Of a stretch of 36,940 nt of DNA, positions 13,249 through 25,284 are shown piece after piece. Each line of letters starts with the position of its first letter. Position 1 is the first letter of the stretch. The notes under the pieces were generated by a model. It made no database searches. It was given only the letters and a program-made list of their open reading frames with translations, and had not been told where the DNA came from. Location of the stretch: the NCBI RefSeq assembly GCF_001194135.2, contig NC_068981.1:197244984-197281923 (forward strand), read 5' to 3'. The position numbers and the translations under genes are program-made. The DNA comes from Octopus bimaculoides. Taxonomy: Eukaryota.

Positions 13249-13289
13249 GGGGAGAATGAAGACCGAAAGAATGTTCCCCTTTTCAACAG
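13249..13289 (+). CDS. RAD54B: RAD54B coding exon 2 (41 nt): GENEDRKNVPLFN(R)
   Basis: Long pyrimidine tract, then ttcAG and donor AG|GTAATT. Phase 0 in and phase 2 out exactly bridge exons 1 and 3. There is no homology support. Confidence 0.65.
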
Positions 13290-14751
13290 GTAATTATGTC
13301 TATCCTTTATTTACCTGTGTTATCTGACTCCCTATAACATTTCATGTCACCACCAAACATTTCAGCTGTTTTCATTACGCTAGCGCCTGCCATAAGAGCA
13401 CCAACAATTTGACCTCTTTGAAAGTCCGATAGATCTGTCATTTTAATGAATTTTAATTACCTTTTTTTGATGATATCTGAAAAGAAACAGCAATTTTAGC
13501 AAAACATATTAAGCAACACTAATTAAAAAATCAAAAAACATAAAAATCAAAAAGATTTTTACGGTTTTATAAATATTTCAAAATTATGATGCCATGATGC
13601 TAGGTGTTTCCATTATTTTGTCCAACCCTGTATATGTGTGTGTATATATATATGTAAGGACGACCGTGCAAACTCAAAAAGGAGAAATGGTGACGAATGG
13701 AAAAATAGAGGACTCCTTTTATTTAAACGCGTCACNNNNNNNNNNGAGTTGAGGCTGTGTGTGGCAGAGCTGATCACTAGTTGTGATGTGGTGGCTTCCA
13801 TGCCGGGCCGTGATTCTTGTTATACAGATGTTCGTCATTCGTCGCTGGCTGAAATCTCGTCTATTTATTATCGTGGTGAAGCTAAGTCACCTAACAGAAT
13901 CGAAGAGAGAGATGTGCCGCGGTGGTTTAGTTTGGTGTACATAGAAAGTCGTGTAGACGCTGGTGGAGATTGATGCTGGTTAGTAGTAATCGTAGAATCG
14001 TGTTGGTCATGACGATGATGCTGGNNNNNNNNNNNNNNNNNNNNNNNNNNNNNNNNNNNNNNNNNNNNNNNNNNNNNNNNNNNNNNNNNNNNNNNNNNNN
14101 NNNNNNNNNNNNNNNNNNNNNNNNNNNNNNNNNNNNNNNNNNNNNNNNNNNNNNNNNNNNNNNNNNNNNNNNNNNNNNNNNNNNNNNNNNNNNNNNNNNN
14201 NNNNNNNNNNNNNNNNNNNNNNNNNNNNNNNNNNNNNNNNNNNNNNNNNNNNNNNNNNNNNNNNNNNNNNNNNNNNNNNNNNNNNNNNNNNNNNNNNNNN
14301 NNNNNNNNNNNNNNNNNNNNNNNNNNNNNNNNNNNNNNNNNNNNNNNNNNNNNNNNNNNNNNNNNNNNNNNNNNNNNNNNNNNNNNNNNNNNNNNNNNNN
14401 NNNNNNNNNNNNNNNNNNNNNNNNNNNNNNNNNNNNNNNNNNNNNNNNNNNNNNNNNNNNNNNNNNNNNNNNNNNNNNNNNNNNNNNNNNNNNNNNNNNN
14501 NNNNNNNNNNNNNNNNNNNNNNNNNNNNNNNNNNNNNNNNNNNNNNNNNNNNNNNNNNNNNNNNNNNNNNNNNNNNNNNNNNNNNNNNNNNNNNNNNNNN
14601 NNNNNNNNNNNNNNNNNNNNNNNNNNNNNNNNNNNNNNNNNNNNNNNNNNNNNNNNNNNNNNNNNNNNNNNNNACACACACACACACACACACACACATG
14701 CATACATATCTCCTATAGATACCTCTCTCCTAAACTGGAATAATGAGAGAT

Positions 14752-14970
14752 TCATCATCATCATCATTTAACGTCTGTTTTCCAGGCTGGCATGGGTTGG
14801 ATGGTTTGACTGGGGACTAGTGAGCCAGGAGGCTGCACCAGGCTCTAATCTGACATGACATGGTTTCTGCAGCTGGATGCTCTTCCTAATGCCAACCACT
14901 CTGAGAGTGTAGTGGTTGCTTTTTACAGCACTGGCATCGACCATATTCACATGGTGCTTTTTATGTGCCA
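14752..14970 (-). mobile_element. RTE 3' UTR copy
   Basis: Same shared block after (CAT)n. Further copies lie near 6300-6680(-), 8200-8462(+), 12130-12270(-), 16790-16940(+), 18690-18860(+) and 20215-20360(+). Confidence 0.75.
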
Positions 14971-15328
14971 CTGGGAAGGGGGACCAGTTGGGGGATGGTG
15001 GTGGCACACCCGATGTATATATACTCTTAGGCTGGGTTAATGGGGGATTGTCTATACATTTCACACTTGAGTAATTTTAGCAGATGGAAACTGTGGAAGC
15101 CCATCTTGTATGTGTGTGTTTGTGTTTGTCCACATGCTACTTTACAATCGGTGTTGGTTTATTTACGTCCCCATAACTTTGTGGTTCAGTAAAAGAGAGC
15201 AATAGAATAAGTGCCAGCCTTGAACAAAAAGTACTGGAGACAGTTTGACTAAACGAGATAAAACATTAAAGATTAAAGACATGTTGACATTTGCCACAGT
15301 TTAAAATATTGTTGTTTCCTTATTTCAG

Positions 15329-15543
15329 AGGTTTGAATGTTCTGACAAACCCGGACACGGATCAGAATGGAGACTACAAAAATGATGAAAATTCCTCGCA
15401 AAACAGTTCCTCGCCAGCTTCAATTCCACGTACATTTGCATGTGCGAAAAGTAACCCATCGATCGCATCGAGTCAGTCAACTGGGAAAACACATTTGGCA
15501 GTATACCATTCCCCACTGGCTTTATCGTCAGAAAACAAACAAG
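15329..15543 (+). CDS. RAD54B: RAD54B coding exon 3: (R)GLNVLTNPDTDQNG...LSSENKQ(D), Ser/Asn-rich linker
   Basis: Acceptor tatttcAG, open frame, CpG-containing non-repeat sequence, donor AAG|GTAAGG. Phase 2 in and phase 1 out fit the neighbouring exons. Confidence 0.75.
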
Positions 15544-17727
15544 GTAAGGCTTATTCTACTTCATAATTCTGGTGATAGTACCATGTAAGAGGCACTGGTG
15601 ATGGTAGTGTGTAAGAGGCACTGGTGACGGTGCCACATAAAAAGCACTGGTGCTGGTGTCATGTGAAAAGCACTGATTCTGGTTTGCCAGCTCCTGTCAA
15701 ACCATCCAATCCATGCCATCATAGACAATGAATGTTAACTGTTGTTGTTGATGATGATGGTGATGGTGATGGTGAATCACAGTTGAAAAGATGGCAAGCT
15801 GGTAGAACCGTCAGCATGGGTGGGCGAATTGCTTAGTGGAATTTCTTCTGGTTTTATACATTGTGAGACTGAATGCTGCTGAGGTTGGCTCTGGCTTTTG
15901 TCCTTTCAGAGTTGACAAAATAGAGAACCAGTCAAGTACTGAGGTCAGTGTAATCGAGTAATCCCTCCTAAAATTGTTGGCTAAAAATTAGAATGAATAA
16001 TTAGTAAAGGGGAGATGTTGGAAAGCCACCACCTCCAGATAGATCTGGTTTCTACAGTTGAAGTGGAGGTAACATGTATATGATCTCTCTCTGTACTTCA
16101 GATGATAAGCACAGAATCATGATAGCTCTGTGTTCAATGTCTAGTATAGTTGTCACAATAAAAAACACCAGATGTTCTTGTTTTTTTCTTTTGAGTGGTC
16201 ACCATCAAGTGTTGGTTCCCTGTCAATCTACATTTTTACTGCAGATTTTCAGGCTCAACCTTTCTGTACCAAATTCAACAGGGAACTGTCCCTCCCATTG
16301 ACATTATATGTTTGTTCATGTGTGTATATATGTACACACACACACACACACACACCAGCTCTCTCATCCTTCTCCTGTATCATCCGTACTACTCTGTTGC
16401 TCTCCACCCTCACCCACCCCTCATCTCACTCTCTCCACTTAACCAGCCATTCTTTGTCTCTCCCTCTTATACATTCATACACCCTCTACCTTCTTGTCCT
16501 CTTGGTTCTTCAGCCCCCATTCAATCCTACTTACTCCGTATCTTTAGGCTCCACATATGTCTCATCATTGCTATTTTTATCTCTTCCTGACCCACCCACT
16601 CCAGCCATTGCTGCCCTCTCTTCTAAAATGTGAGTAGGCATGTCACTCCTCTACAGCAAGAAATCTGTCCTACATTGGCCCTCTATCTCATACCTCAACC
16701 CTGTCATCATCCAGTGTAAAGGTGCCTCTTTTGAGGTTTCTAGTCTTGTAAGCTGTACGGTAACTTTCACTAGTGCTGGTGGCATGAAGACAAAAGCACC
16801 CAATGCATGCTGTAAAGTGGGTTGATGTTAGGCAGGACATTGTCCAGCCATAGAAACCATGCCAAAACAGACAACTGGGGCATAATGCAGTTTTTGGGCT
16901 TACTGGATCATATGAAACATGGCCATTGATGGTGATGATGATTCAGTTGTGAAATATTGATTTATCAAAGAGAGTTGGCATGTAGCTTGAATATTTACAA
17001 TGCTCTTTCTTGAAATTTATTTTCTTCAGGTATCCTGCTTCTTGGAGTTAATTCAAAATAATTTTATGATTTGTTTAGCTTTTAGCATCTTCTGTTAGTT
17101 TCTTTATAAATATTTCAAGATTATGGATTTTTGTTAAAGTATCTTTACAGATTATTCCATTTTGATTTTGGTTGAAATAACGTTTGATTTGATCTCTATA
17201 ATGTTGGCAGTTATTTTGTCTCAAAGTACACCTGATGCTCACCACTCTAGATTCTTCTTCCTTTGTTTTTTTAAAAAACTTTTTCACTGTTCACTTCCTG
17301 TGCATATTGTATATACTCCTCATGCAGTTTTGGTTACTTTTTCTAATGAGCTGGAGAGAGAGAGGGGGGAGGGAGAGAGGGAGGGAAAGAAAGAGAGGTT
17401 TTCTAGCTGGATTAATTCTTTTGATATCAAACTACCCGACACCAACTCTGGTTCTAGGATTACAGGCTTCTTGTTTTATAGTAAAAACTTACCACTTAGA
17501 TTTCATGTTATTTATGTTCTCAACACCAGCTTAATTAATAACAAAGCTATTTTACTAGTCTTCACTATTTTCCAAATTAATTGAAACAAACACAGTATAT
17601 TCAGCAGAAATACGTTGACAAAAGGCTTAAACAATTGTCTCTACCCTTGTTTGTTTTTGTATTGGCTGGGTGTACCCCCTCCCCCTCACCAACTTGTATA
17701 ACTATTCTTTTTATTTATTTGTTGCAG

Positions 17728-17825
17728 ATAATGAAAGCAATGTCCAGAATGGATCTAATTCTGCAGCCTCTCCATCTGTAGAGAATTATTACTCTGTAGT
17801 TTGGAGCAAACTCTCAAAGAAGAAG
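17728..17825 (+). CDS. RAD54B: RAD54B coding exon 4: (D)NESNVQNGSNSAASPSVENYYSVVWSKLSKKK
   Basis: Acceptor ttgcAG, donor AAG|GTGAAT. YYSVVWSKLSKKK corresponds to human YFSVVWCKPSKKK. Confidence 0.92.
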
Positions 17826-19660
17826 GTGAATATCGTTGGTTTTCTTAATTAAATAGAAAAAAAAGGGTTCAGGTATTCTTTTATTTTCTATTCTTTTGTT
17901 TCAGTCTTTAGATTGTGGTCATACTGGAGCACTGCTTTGGAAAGGTGTTTTTAGTGGAGCAAATCAACCCCCAATACTTAGAGATAAGGCTCCTTACTGA
18001 GCCGTATAGACTTAAAGGGGTCGTTTTGCTGGTTTCTGTGGTTGATTTTTGCCAGCTGAGTGTACTGGGGTAATGTGAAATGAAGTGTTTTGCTTAAGAA
18101 TACAATGTCTTACCCCGTCCAGGAATGGACACCACAATCTTAGGATTATGAGCCATACATCCTAACCACTGTGCCACGTGCCTCCACTAAGTTTGGGTCA
18201 GGAACTTATTCTGTTGATCTCTTTTTCTTGAACAGCTAAGTTATGGGAATGTGGAGAAACTAATACTGGCTGTGATGGTGGTGGTGGTGTGGAGACACAT
18301 AAAGACACATGCCCACACACATGCATGACAGGCTTCCTCATAATTTCCTTATAGTTTCACTCACAAGACACAACAGAGTACTGGCTAGTCTAGGGCTATA
18401 GGAGAAAACACTTGCTCAAGGTGCTGTGCAGTGAGATTCAGTCCCTTCATCGCCACCATTTTTATTTCTCTTCTCAGTCTCACCTTGATTACCCTCACCT
18501 GCTCTTGTATATTGCTTGTAGACATGTAGCTCATCTACCACAAGAAACATGTTCCAGCCTCTTTTTTCCTCCTCATAGAGCTACCCCCTCCCTCTCTCTT
18601 TACTTTTGTCCCACTTAGTTGAAGGGGATCTCAGTCTTGCAAGGTACATGGTGATCTCTCTAGTGTACTAGTTCCACAGAAAGGTACCTAGTACACACTC
18701 TGTAAAGTGGCTGGTGTTAGGAAGGACTTCCAACCACAGAACCATGTTGAAGCATGATGCAGTTGTCTAATCCGTTGGTTCCTGGCAACCCAGCCAACCC
18801 ATCTCAGCTGAGAAAATACACATTAAAAGGGGAGGATGATGATTATGATGATGATGACGATGATTGTTTTTAAGACACTCAAGCATTAGTATGGCTTTGC
18901 TAAACCTTTAAGTTATATTTTGAATGTCCACAACACATGTGTAGATGTGTCTTGTGGTGCACAAGCAGGCCGCATGCTAATACCATTTAAGAACCACTGA
19001 TGTAAAGTGTCTGCTCAGGAATTTTCTTTGAGGAATTCATCATCATTGAATGTCCATTCTTTCCGTGCTTGCATTGGTCATCCAGAATGTATTGTGGCAG
19101 ATTTCTTACAACCCGGCTGCCTTCGTCTCTCTAACCTCACATCTGTTTCCAAGCAAGCTAATATTTCTCCATGGCCAGACATGCTTTCTGCAGAAGACTG
19201 GAAATGAACAACCTCACTAGCTTGATGGTGGTGCTCATTTATAACCATCCTGTGATGCCGAGATAAGGTTTCATTTGGCTTCTCTCTACCAAATCCATGC
19301 ACAAGGCTTCGTTCAGTCCATGGTTATAGTAGAAGACATTTTTTGCCCAAGGTGTCATGCAGAAGAATCTAAGACCAAATGGTTGAGAAGCACTTCTTCA
19401 CTTCACAGCCACACCTGAAATTGCCACAGCTACCTGTAATAGCCTGTAATAGACTTTCTTCATGCAAGTTAGAAATTTTTCTATTTTGATTGTATTAATG
19501 AGATAGGAACCTGTACCTCCACCATTGTGTAAGTCTTGATATCTTACAAAGACACAAGACCACATTGGTCAGAAATTAGTGATTCCTTACAAACACACCA
19601 AACTATGTAACCTGTAATTATTGGTTATCAATTATTGATTTTTCTCTTTCTCTTTTGCAG

Positions 19661-19737
19661 CACAAAAAATGGGAAGGTGATGCTGTATTAGTGACCCATG
19701 GACGTAAAGTTACCCTGTATGATATGGATGGGAAAGA
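19661..19737 (+). CDS. RAD54B: RAD54B coding exon 5: HKKWEGDAVLVTHGRKVTLYDMDGK(E)
   Basis: Acceptor ttttgcAG, donor GA|GTAAGT. Contains the conserved HKKWEGDAVL motif. Confidence 0.95.
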
Positions 19738-19772
19738 GTAAGTCTTCAAATTATCTTCTATCATTGCAACTT

Positions 19773-19828
<56 letters not shown>

Positions 19829-20584
19829 TGGTGGGAGGTGTTGGTGGGAGTAGGTAATTGGGTGTGGAACTAAATATTTTACTGTATTTTTAGTTGTATA
19901 CATATCTTCATGTTCTGAGTTCAGTTCTCATAGAGGTCAACTTGGTGTTTCATCTTTCAGTGGTCTCGGGCATGGTTGTGTGGGAAGAAGTTTGCTTCTC
20001 AACCATATGGTTCCAGGTTCGATCCTACTGCATGACATCTTGGGCCTTGTGAGTGGATTTTGGTAGAAGAAACTGAAAGAAGCCTTCTGTATACATATCT
20101 ATATTCTCCTATTTCAAATACTCTACCCCCAACTCCCAATTGATCAAAGAGGCTTTTTTCTTTTCTCATTATTTCCGGTCCTGCAAGTTGCTTGGTAACC
20201 TCATTTCTGCTGGTGCCATGTAAAAAGCACCGTGTACACTCTGTAAAGTGTTTGGTGGGGAATCCAGTCATAGAAGCCATGCTAAAGCAGACATTGGTGC
20301 TTGAAGCAGTCCTCTGGTTCACCAGCTCCTGTTGAAGTGTCCAACCCATTCCAGCAGGGAAAAACAGACATCTCTTTCATTACAATATTTCTAAGTAAAA
20401 CACATCCCTTATGAGTTTCAATTAAATTCTAAAATCATCAAGAATTTAGACTGGTTTCATTAAACAACTGTAGCTATTTTATTTATCGACATATTAATGT
20501 GATTTTTGGAACACAATTGAAGAAAAAGTTCTTAATCAATTCTGTTGCATAACTTTTGTCTCAGTGACTTTAATTACAGGTAAA

Positions 20585-20893
20585 TACGAGGGTGAATCAA
20601 AAAGTAATACCATTTTGTTTAGGACAGGTATAATTACCAACACAGGAACATGTATCAAACGTCAAAATGAAGCTGGTCCTCTGTGGATCACATCCCTACT
20701 TCTCAACATAGTCACCGTTTCTCTCAATAGCAATGTTCCACCTTTGAATGAGAGCATGTATCCTTGCCCCGTAAAATTCTGTTGACTGTTCTTTGAGCCA
20801 CTTCTTCACTATAGTTTTCACTTCCTTGTCACTGGAATAATGTTTGCCTCTCAAACCCTCTTTCATGGGGCCGAAGAGATGATAGTCTGAAGG
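20585..20893 (-). mobile_element. Mariner (Tc1/mariner) transposon 3' remnant with TIR
   Basis: The minus frame gives PSDYHLFGPMKEGLRGKHYSSDKEVK...IQRWNIAIERNGDYVEK*, a mariner transposase C-terminus. It ends in a TA|CGAGGGTGAATCAAAAAGT TIR-like sequence at 20585. Confidence 0.9.
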
Positions 20894-20894
20894 C

Positions 20895-21088
20895 CCATGA
20901 TTCCAAACAGTGACCTGAATAATAATAATAATGATAATAATAACATCGAAAAATACATTAGGAATGAGAACCCAGGTTCGAAATTTCCCCAAGACACCTG
21001 ATGAAGGCTGGAGGGTATATCAGCCAAAAACGTTGTGTTAACAACAAACAAGATGAGGACAAATATCCGTCAAATGTAAATAATAATA
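20895..21088 (+). mobile_element. Short Penelope-like repeat carrying a degenerate hammerhead motif
   Basis: GACAC-CTGATGA-A-GGCTG/CAGCC-AAAAA-CGT-T-GTGTT at 20993-21039. The element class is inferred from the hammerhead architecture, and the boundaries are approximate. Confidence 0.6.
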
Positions 21089-21142
21089 TTTCTGTTTCTG
21101 AAATTGGATATATTTATGATTGATTCATTGATCTCTTGTTAG

Positions 21143-21230
21143 GATTGGTAAAATGTCTGGTTATAAGGAATCCATGCTCAGTTCTCTTGAAGAAGATCAC
21201 ACTTTGACAGTTGGCGGCAAAGAAATTTTG
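21143..21230 (+). CDS. RAD54B: RAD54B coding exon 6: (E)IGKMSGYKESMLSSLEEDHTLTVGGKEIL
   Basis: Acceptor ttgttAG (phase 2), donor TTG|GTAAGA. Matches human IGRGIGYK...EEGQTLMICGKEIE. Confidence 0.92.
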
Positions 21231-21265
21231 GTAAGAATCTTATTTTTTATATATTTTTTGTTTAA

Positions 21266-21380
21266 GGTAGACCCAGGAAGACATGGGATGAGGTGGTGAA
21301 GCATGATCTTTGCATGTAGGGTCTTATGGAGGTGATGACAAGTGATTGTGGCCCTTAGAAATTTGCTGTGCTTGAGAAGA
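21266..21380 (+). mobile_element. RTE LINE ORF2 C-terminal remnant
   Basis: GRPRKTWDEVVKHDL..*GLMEVMTSD..*KFAVLEK, with in-frame stops. Confidence 0.75.
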
Positions 21381-22073
21381 ATCATAGTTGTGGCTGGCGA
21401 CAGTGACACATAACAGCACCCCCCCATCGCTTAACAACTGATGTTGGTGTGTTTACGTCCTCCGTCACTTAACAGTTTGGCAAAAAGAGACTGATAGAAT
21501 AAGTACTAGGCTTACAAAGAATAAGTCCTGAGGTCAATTTGTTTGACTAAAGGTGGTACTCCAGTATGACCGCAGTCAAATGACTGAAACCGGTAAAAGA
21601 AATATATATATATATANNNNNNNNNNNNNNNNNNNNNNNNNNNNNNNNNNNNNNNNNNNNNNNNNNNNNNNNNNNNNNNNNNNNTACATACATACATACA
21701 TACATACATACATACATGCATACATATATATAGTTCCCTCTCTTTTTTTTTTGTTCCTCTCTGTCAAAATCTTCTTCACGTTTCAATATCAGACTTGAAT
21801 TTTTTCTCTCTCTATCATTCATTGACTCTGTTACTTCATCATATTAGAAGCTCTGCTGTTTTTCCACCTATCCTTTCTCTCTTACTCTTTTCCCCCATTG
21901 CTCTCTATATTTCCCTGTCTGCTTGCCTGACTATCTGTTTCATTGTTCTTGTTGCTGACTGCTGTCTTTCACTCTTCCACCTACCTACCTACCTACCTTT
22001 CAACCCACCCCCTATTCCCTTTTTTCTTTCTGTACAATTCTTTCTCTCTTTATCCCCTCTTTCTTTGTCATAC

Positions 22074-22074
<1 letters not shown>

Positions 22075-22163
<89 letters not shown>
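22075..22163. repeat. (CT)n microsatellite in a polypyrimidine tract
   Basis: Read directly from the sequence. Other SSRs: (TA)n at both window ends, (AAT)n at ~5010-5058 and (TG)n at ~19773-19824. Confidence 0.95.
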
Positions 22164-22168
<5 letters not shown>

Positions 22169-22584
22169 CTCTCGGCACAAGCATTGCTTTCTCCTTCTAC
22201 ATTCCTTATGGCCTGCCACAAAGAGAGGAAATGCACACCAAAAAACAAGCACCAGATGACTTGGTCTTTTATAATATTGATGTGTGTGTGTGTGTGTGTG
22301 TAACTAGTGTTAAGTTTTGTCCCTATATACTAGAAATGCTAACTTAATCTTTCAATGAACAGAGATTTTTATAGAATAAGTAGCAGGCTGAGGTAAAGAC
22401 AGGTTGATCTGATCACTGTCAGTGTTCCAAGCATGGCTGCAGTCCAAAGACTAAAACTAGTAGAATCATAAAAACACTGATATTGATCCATTTGGTCTTT
22501 CTTGATTTTGTTTGTCTTTTGTTGTTTATGCTATATATATATATGTTGTTTTATTTATTTTATTGTCTCTTTGTTTCTCTTCAG

Positions 22585-22678
22585 GTAATGTCTCGTCTTC
22601 CAGAAGAAAGCTTTAAATCAGGGAAGTGTTTCCTGCCTGGTGGAGGGGCACCGTCTTCTGCTCCATCCAAATCAAAAG
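22585..22678 (+). CDS. RAD54B: RAD54B coding exon 7: VMSRLPEESFKSGKCFLPGGGAPSSAPSKSK(D)
   Basis: Acceptor cttcAG. Matches human VMGVISPDDFSSGRCF. The donor G|GTTTGC (phase 1) was chosen for phase fit with exon 8. Confidence 0.85.
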
Positions 22679-23204
22679 GTTTGCATCATCATCATCATTG
22701 TCATTATTTTCCATCAGTCATCAGTCATCATCTATCACTGTTACCATCAACACTACCATCATCATCATCATCATTGTTCTTTCATATCTACATATTATAT
22801 ATTTCCTAACCAATCCAATCTTCAGACATTTCAAAGCATAAAAGAGGAATTTTTAGCTTAAAACTCTCCTTGGTTTAGTGGCAAGTTTGAAATATTTAAA
22901 TCAGACTGTGTGATACAGGGAAGCATCCATTGTGGTTCCAATCATAGTCTTGCATGAGTTGCAGTTTTGTGTAAAAGCCATCTCGTATTTTTCTGGGGGA
23001 TTGTAAGTTATTTGTTAAACCAATTGTTTTTTATGGTTCAGTGATCTTCCGAGTACTAACCACTGAACTGTCAACTTGAAATACGACCTGTTTCTTTCTT
23101 TCTTTTTCGGTTAATAATGACATATTCCAGTTTAATCTATTAATGCAGTAAATGAAGTCTCAGTCAGTATTACTACATCCATCCATTTTCCCTGCTCAGC
23201 CTTC

Positions 23205-23440
23205 TTGGGAGAGTTTTTAGGAAAAAGTCCTCGGTTCCTCTTTTGGTTCCTATCAGAAGCAGCCATCATTACGCTTTCCTGCTACATTCGCAAGCATGAC
23301 TGACTGAGAATCTGTATGTCAACTAACCATCTTGTTCTTGGTGTACCCCTGGGTCTCCAGTTGGCTTGGATTGAAGAATTCATCTTGCAGTTCTTACCTG
23401 CTATTCTTCTTTGTATTATTTGGAAAACTAACCCAGTGAA
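23205..23440 (-). mobile_element. RTE-type LINE ORF2 C-terminal remnant
   Basis: Minus frame gives WRPRGTPRTRWLVDIQILS...ASDR, an RPRGRP..RW motif. Confidence 0.6.
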
Positions 23441-23909
23441 AAGCCTCCAGAACAAAACAAAGCAAGCTCTCTCTTTCTCTCTCAAAATAAATAAACAAAG
23501 TAAACTTACCAGGACTAGCCCCCCCCCACTTGTATGGTGTTTTTTTTCCTTTTTTTTTTCCTTTCTGAGACATTTGCAATTTGTTTTTTGTTATTAAGTA
23601 GGTAGAGTTCTATACTTTAGTGAAGGACAATAATCTCTAAACTTTTAACCCTATAGTGGATAAGTCTACCATGGCTAAAGATCACAGTGTTGTTTTATTA
23701 TCCTTCACAAAAGTACAGACCTCTACCCATTTAATGACCCCCCCCCCCAAAAAAAAAACCTGCAAAAATCTCCGAAAGAAAAAACAAAACAGCATACAAT
23801 TAGGGCAGTGGGGGGGGGGGGTTAGTGTTAGTAAGTTTATTCCACATTCAGCCATCATAAGGTATTCTTGAAAATGTCAAGTCTGTCATTTTATTTTATT
23901 TTATTTCAG

Positions 23910-23980
23910 ATGTTATCTCCAGACCTTTTGTCAATCCTCAATTAAACACTGCTACAAACAATAATTCTTCTAAATTTCAA
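23910..23980 (+). CDS. RAD54B: RAD54B coding exon 8: (D)VISRPFVNPQLNTATNNNSSKFQ
   Basis: Strong pyrimidine tract, then ttcAG and donor CAA|GTGAGT. Phase 1 in, phase 0 out. RPFVNP resembles the conserved F.NP motif. Confidence 0.8.
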
Positions 23981-24419
23981 GTGAGTTTTAAGTTTTATAT
24001 TTCATTTAATAACATACGTTAAACTTCTATTCACCACCCTCTACTAACATCCCCCCCTCATGTTCAACAACCCATGCTACCCCCTCCTTTTACTCTGTAT
24101 TAACACACCCACCTACATCCTTCATGCTTATCCTATGAACTAAAAACAACACTAACTGCCAAAACACTTTCACATTATTATACAGCATTATTTGTTATCT
24201 GTCACTGAGTTGTTTCACTTTTGTTTACAGTGAAATGAGAAACTTGAATATTTCTTTCTTAAATTCTCCTTTTCCTGTTTTGTTATTTTCACTTTTGGTG
24301 TTTCCTGATTTTCAGTGATCTGTAAAGCATCATTGTGTGTGTGTGTGTGTGTGTGGGTGACTGCAATGTATCACTGTTTGTGTATGTGTGCAAAAGGATC
24401 AGTGAACTGACAAACTCTA

Positions 24420-24898
24420 TTTAACCCTTTTGATACCAACCTGGCTCTGGCTCTTAACCCTTTTGATACCAACCTAGCTCTGGCTCTTAACCCTTTTGAT
24501 ACCAACCTAGCTCTGGCTCTTAACCCTTTTGATACCAACCCNNNNNNNNNNNNNNNNNNNNNNNNNNNNNTTTAACCCTTTTGATACCAACCTGGCTCTG
24601 GCTCTTAACCCTTTTGATACCAACCTAGCTCTGGCTCTTAACCCTTTTGATACCAACCTAGCTCTGGCTCTTAACCCTTTTGATACCAACCCGGCTAAAA
24701 CCGCCTCTGGCTCTGAAGTACAAATGTCTTGTTTTCATGTTTTGAATGAAAATCTTCCCCCAAACCTTAGTCACAATTTATGTTCCTAACACAAGCTGAA
24801 TGATAACTCAGTTATTTTACTAAATTCTTTGTTATATTTAAAGTAATTGAAGGAAACAAAGAGCATCTCAAAATAAATACAGTAATGAAAGGGTTCAG
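24420..24898. mobile_element. piggyBac-type MITE (TTAA-CCCTTT...AAAGGG-TTCA) preceded by a 33-bp tandem array of its left end
   Basis: Unit TTAACCCTTTTGATACCAACCT(A/G)GCTCTGGCTC. The full element starts at 24671. Related ends lie near 34947 and 35115. Confidence 0.7.
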
Positions 24899-25284
24899 AT
24901 ATTTTACTCAAAAAAACACTGAGTAAACGAATCAGTTGATTAGAAATGATTTTTATTTCAATATTTCTTTCCACTGTTGAAGTTTTGAGGCTTAATGTTA
25001 GGGGTATCGCAAGGTGTCAAGCTGGTGAAATTGTCAACGTGCTGGGCAAAATGCTTTGTGGTATTTTCTCTGTCCTTACATTCTGAGTTCAAATCCTGCT
25101 TAGATCACCTTTGCCTTTCATCCTTTTGGGGTCAATAAAGTAAGTACCAGTCATGTACTGAGGGAGGGAGGGACAGGTCGATGTAACTAACTTAGCCCCC
25201 CCCCCCTTGAAATTGCTCCCCTTGTGTTAAAATTTGAAACCAATATTTATGGTACTGATCCTCTCTATGTTGTTCTATTTCTAG

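Noticed and set aside
8664-19660. Nested FSBP-like (Myb/SANT) gene as found in vertebrate RAD54B
   Set aside because: No ORF with a Myb/SANT-like motif is visible in the called sequence. It cannot be excluded in the gaps.
22679-22809. In-frame read-through of exon 7 into a poly-His tract (ORF 22483-22809)
   Set aside because: The His/Ser runs come from (CAT)n microsatellite sequence, and the GT donor at 22679 gives the correct phase to exon 8.
24420-24692. 33-bp direct repeats resembling a CRISPR array
   Set aside because: The units are contiguous with no unique spacers, there are no cas genes, the context is a eukaryotic intron, and the unit derives from a MITE end.
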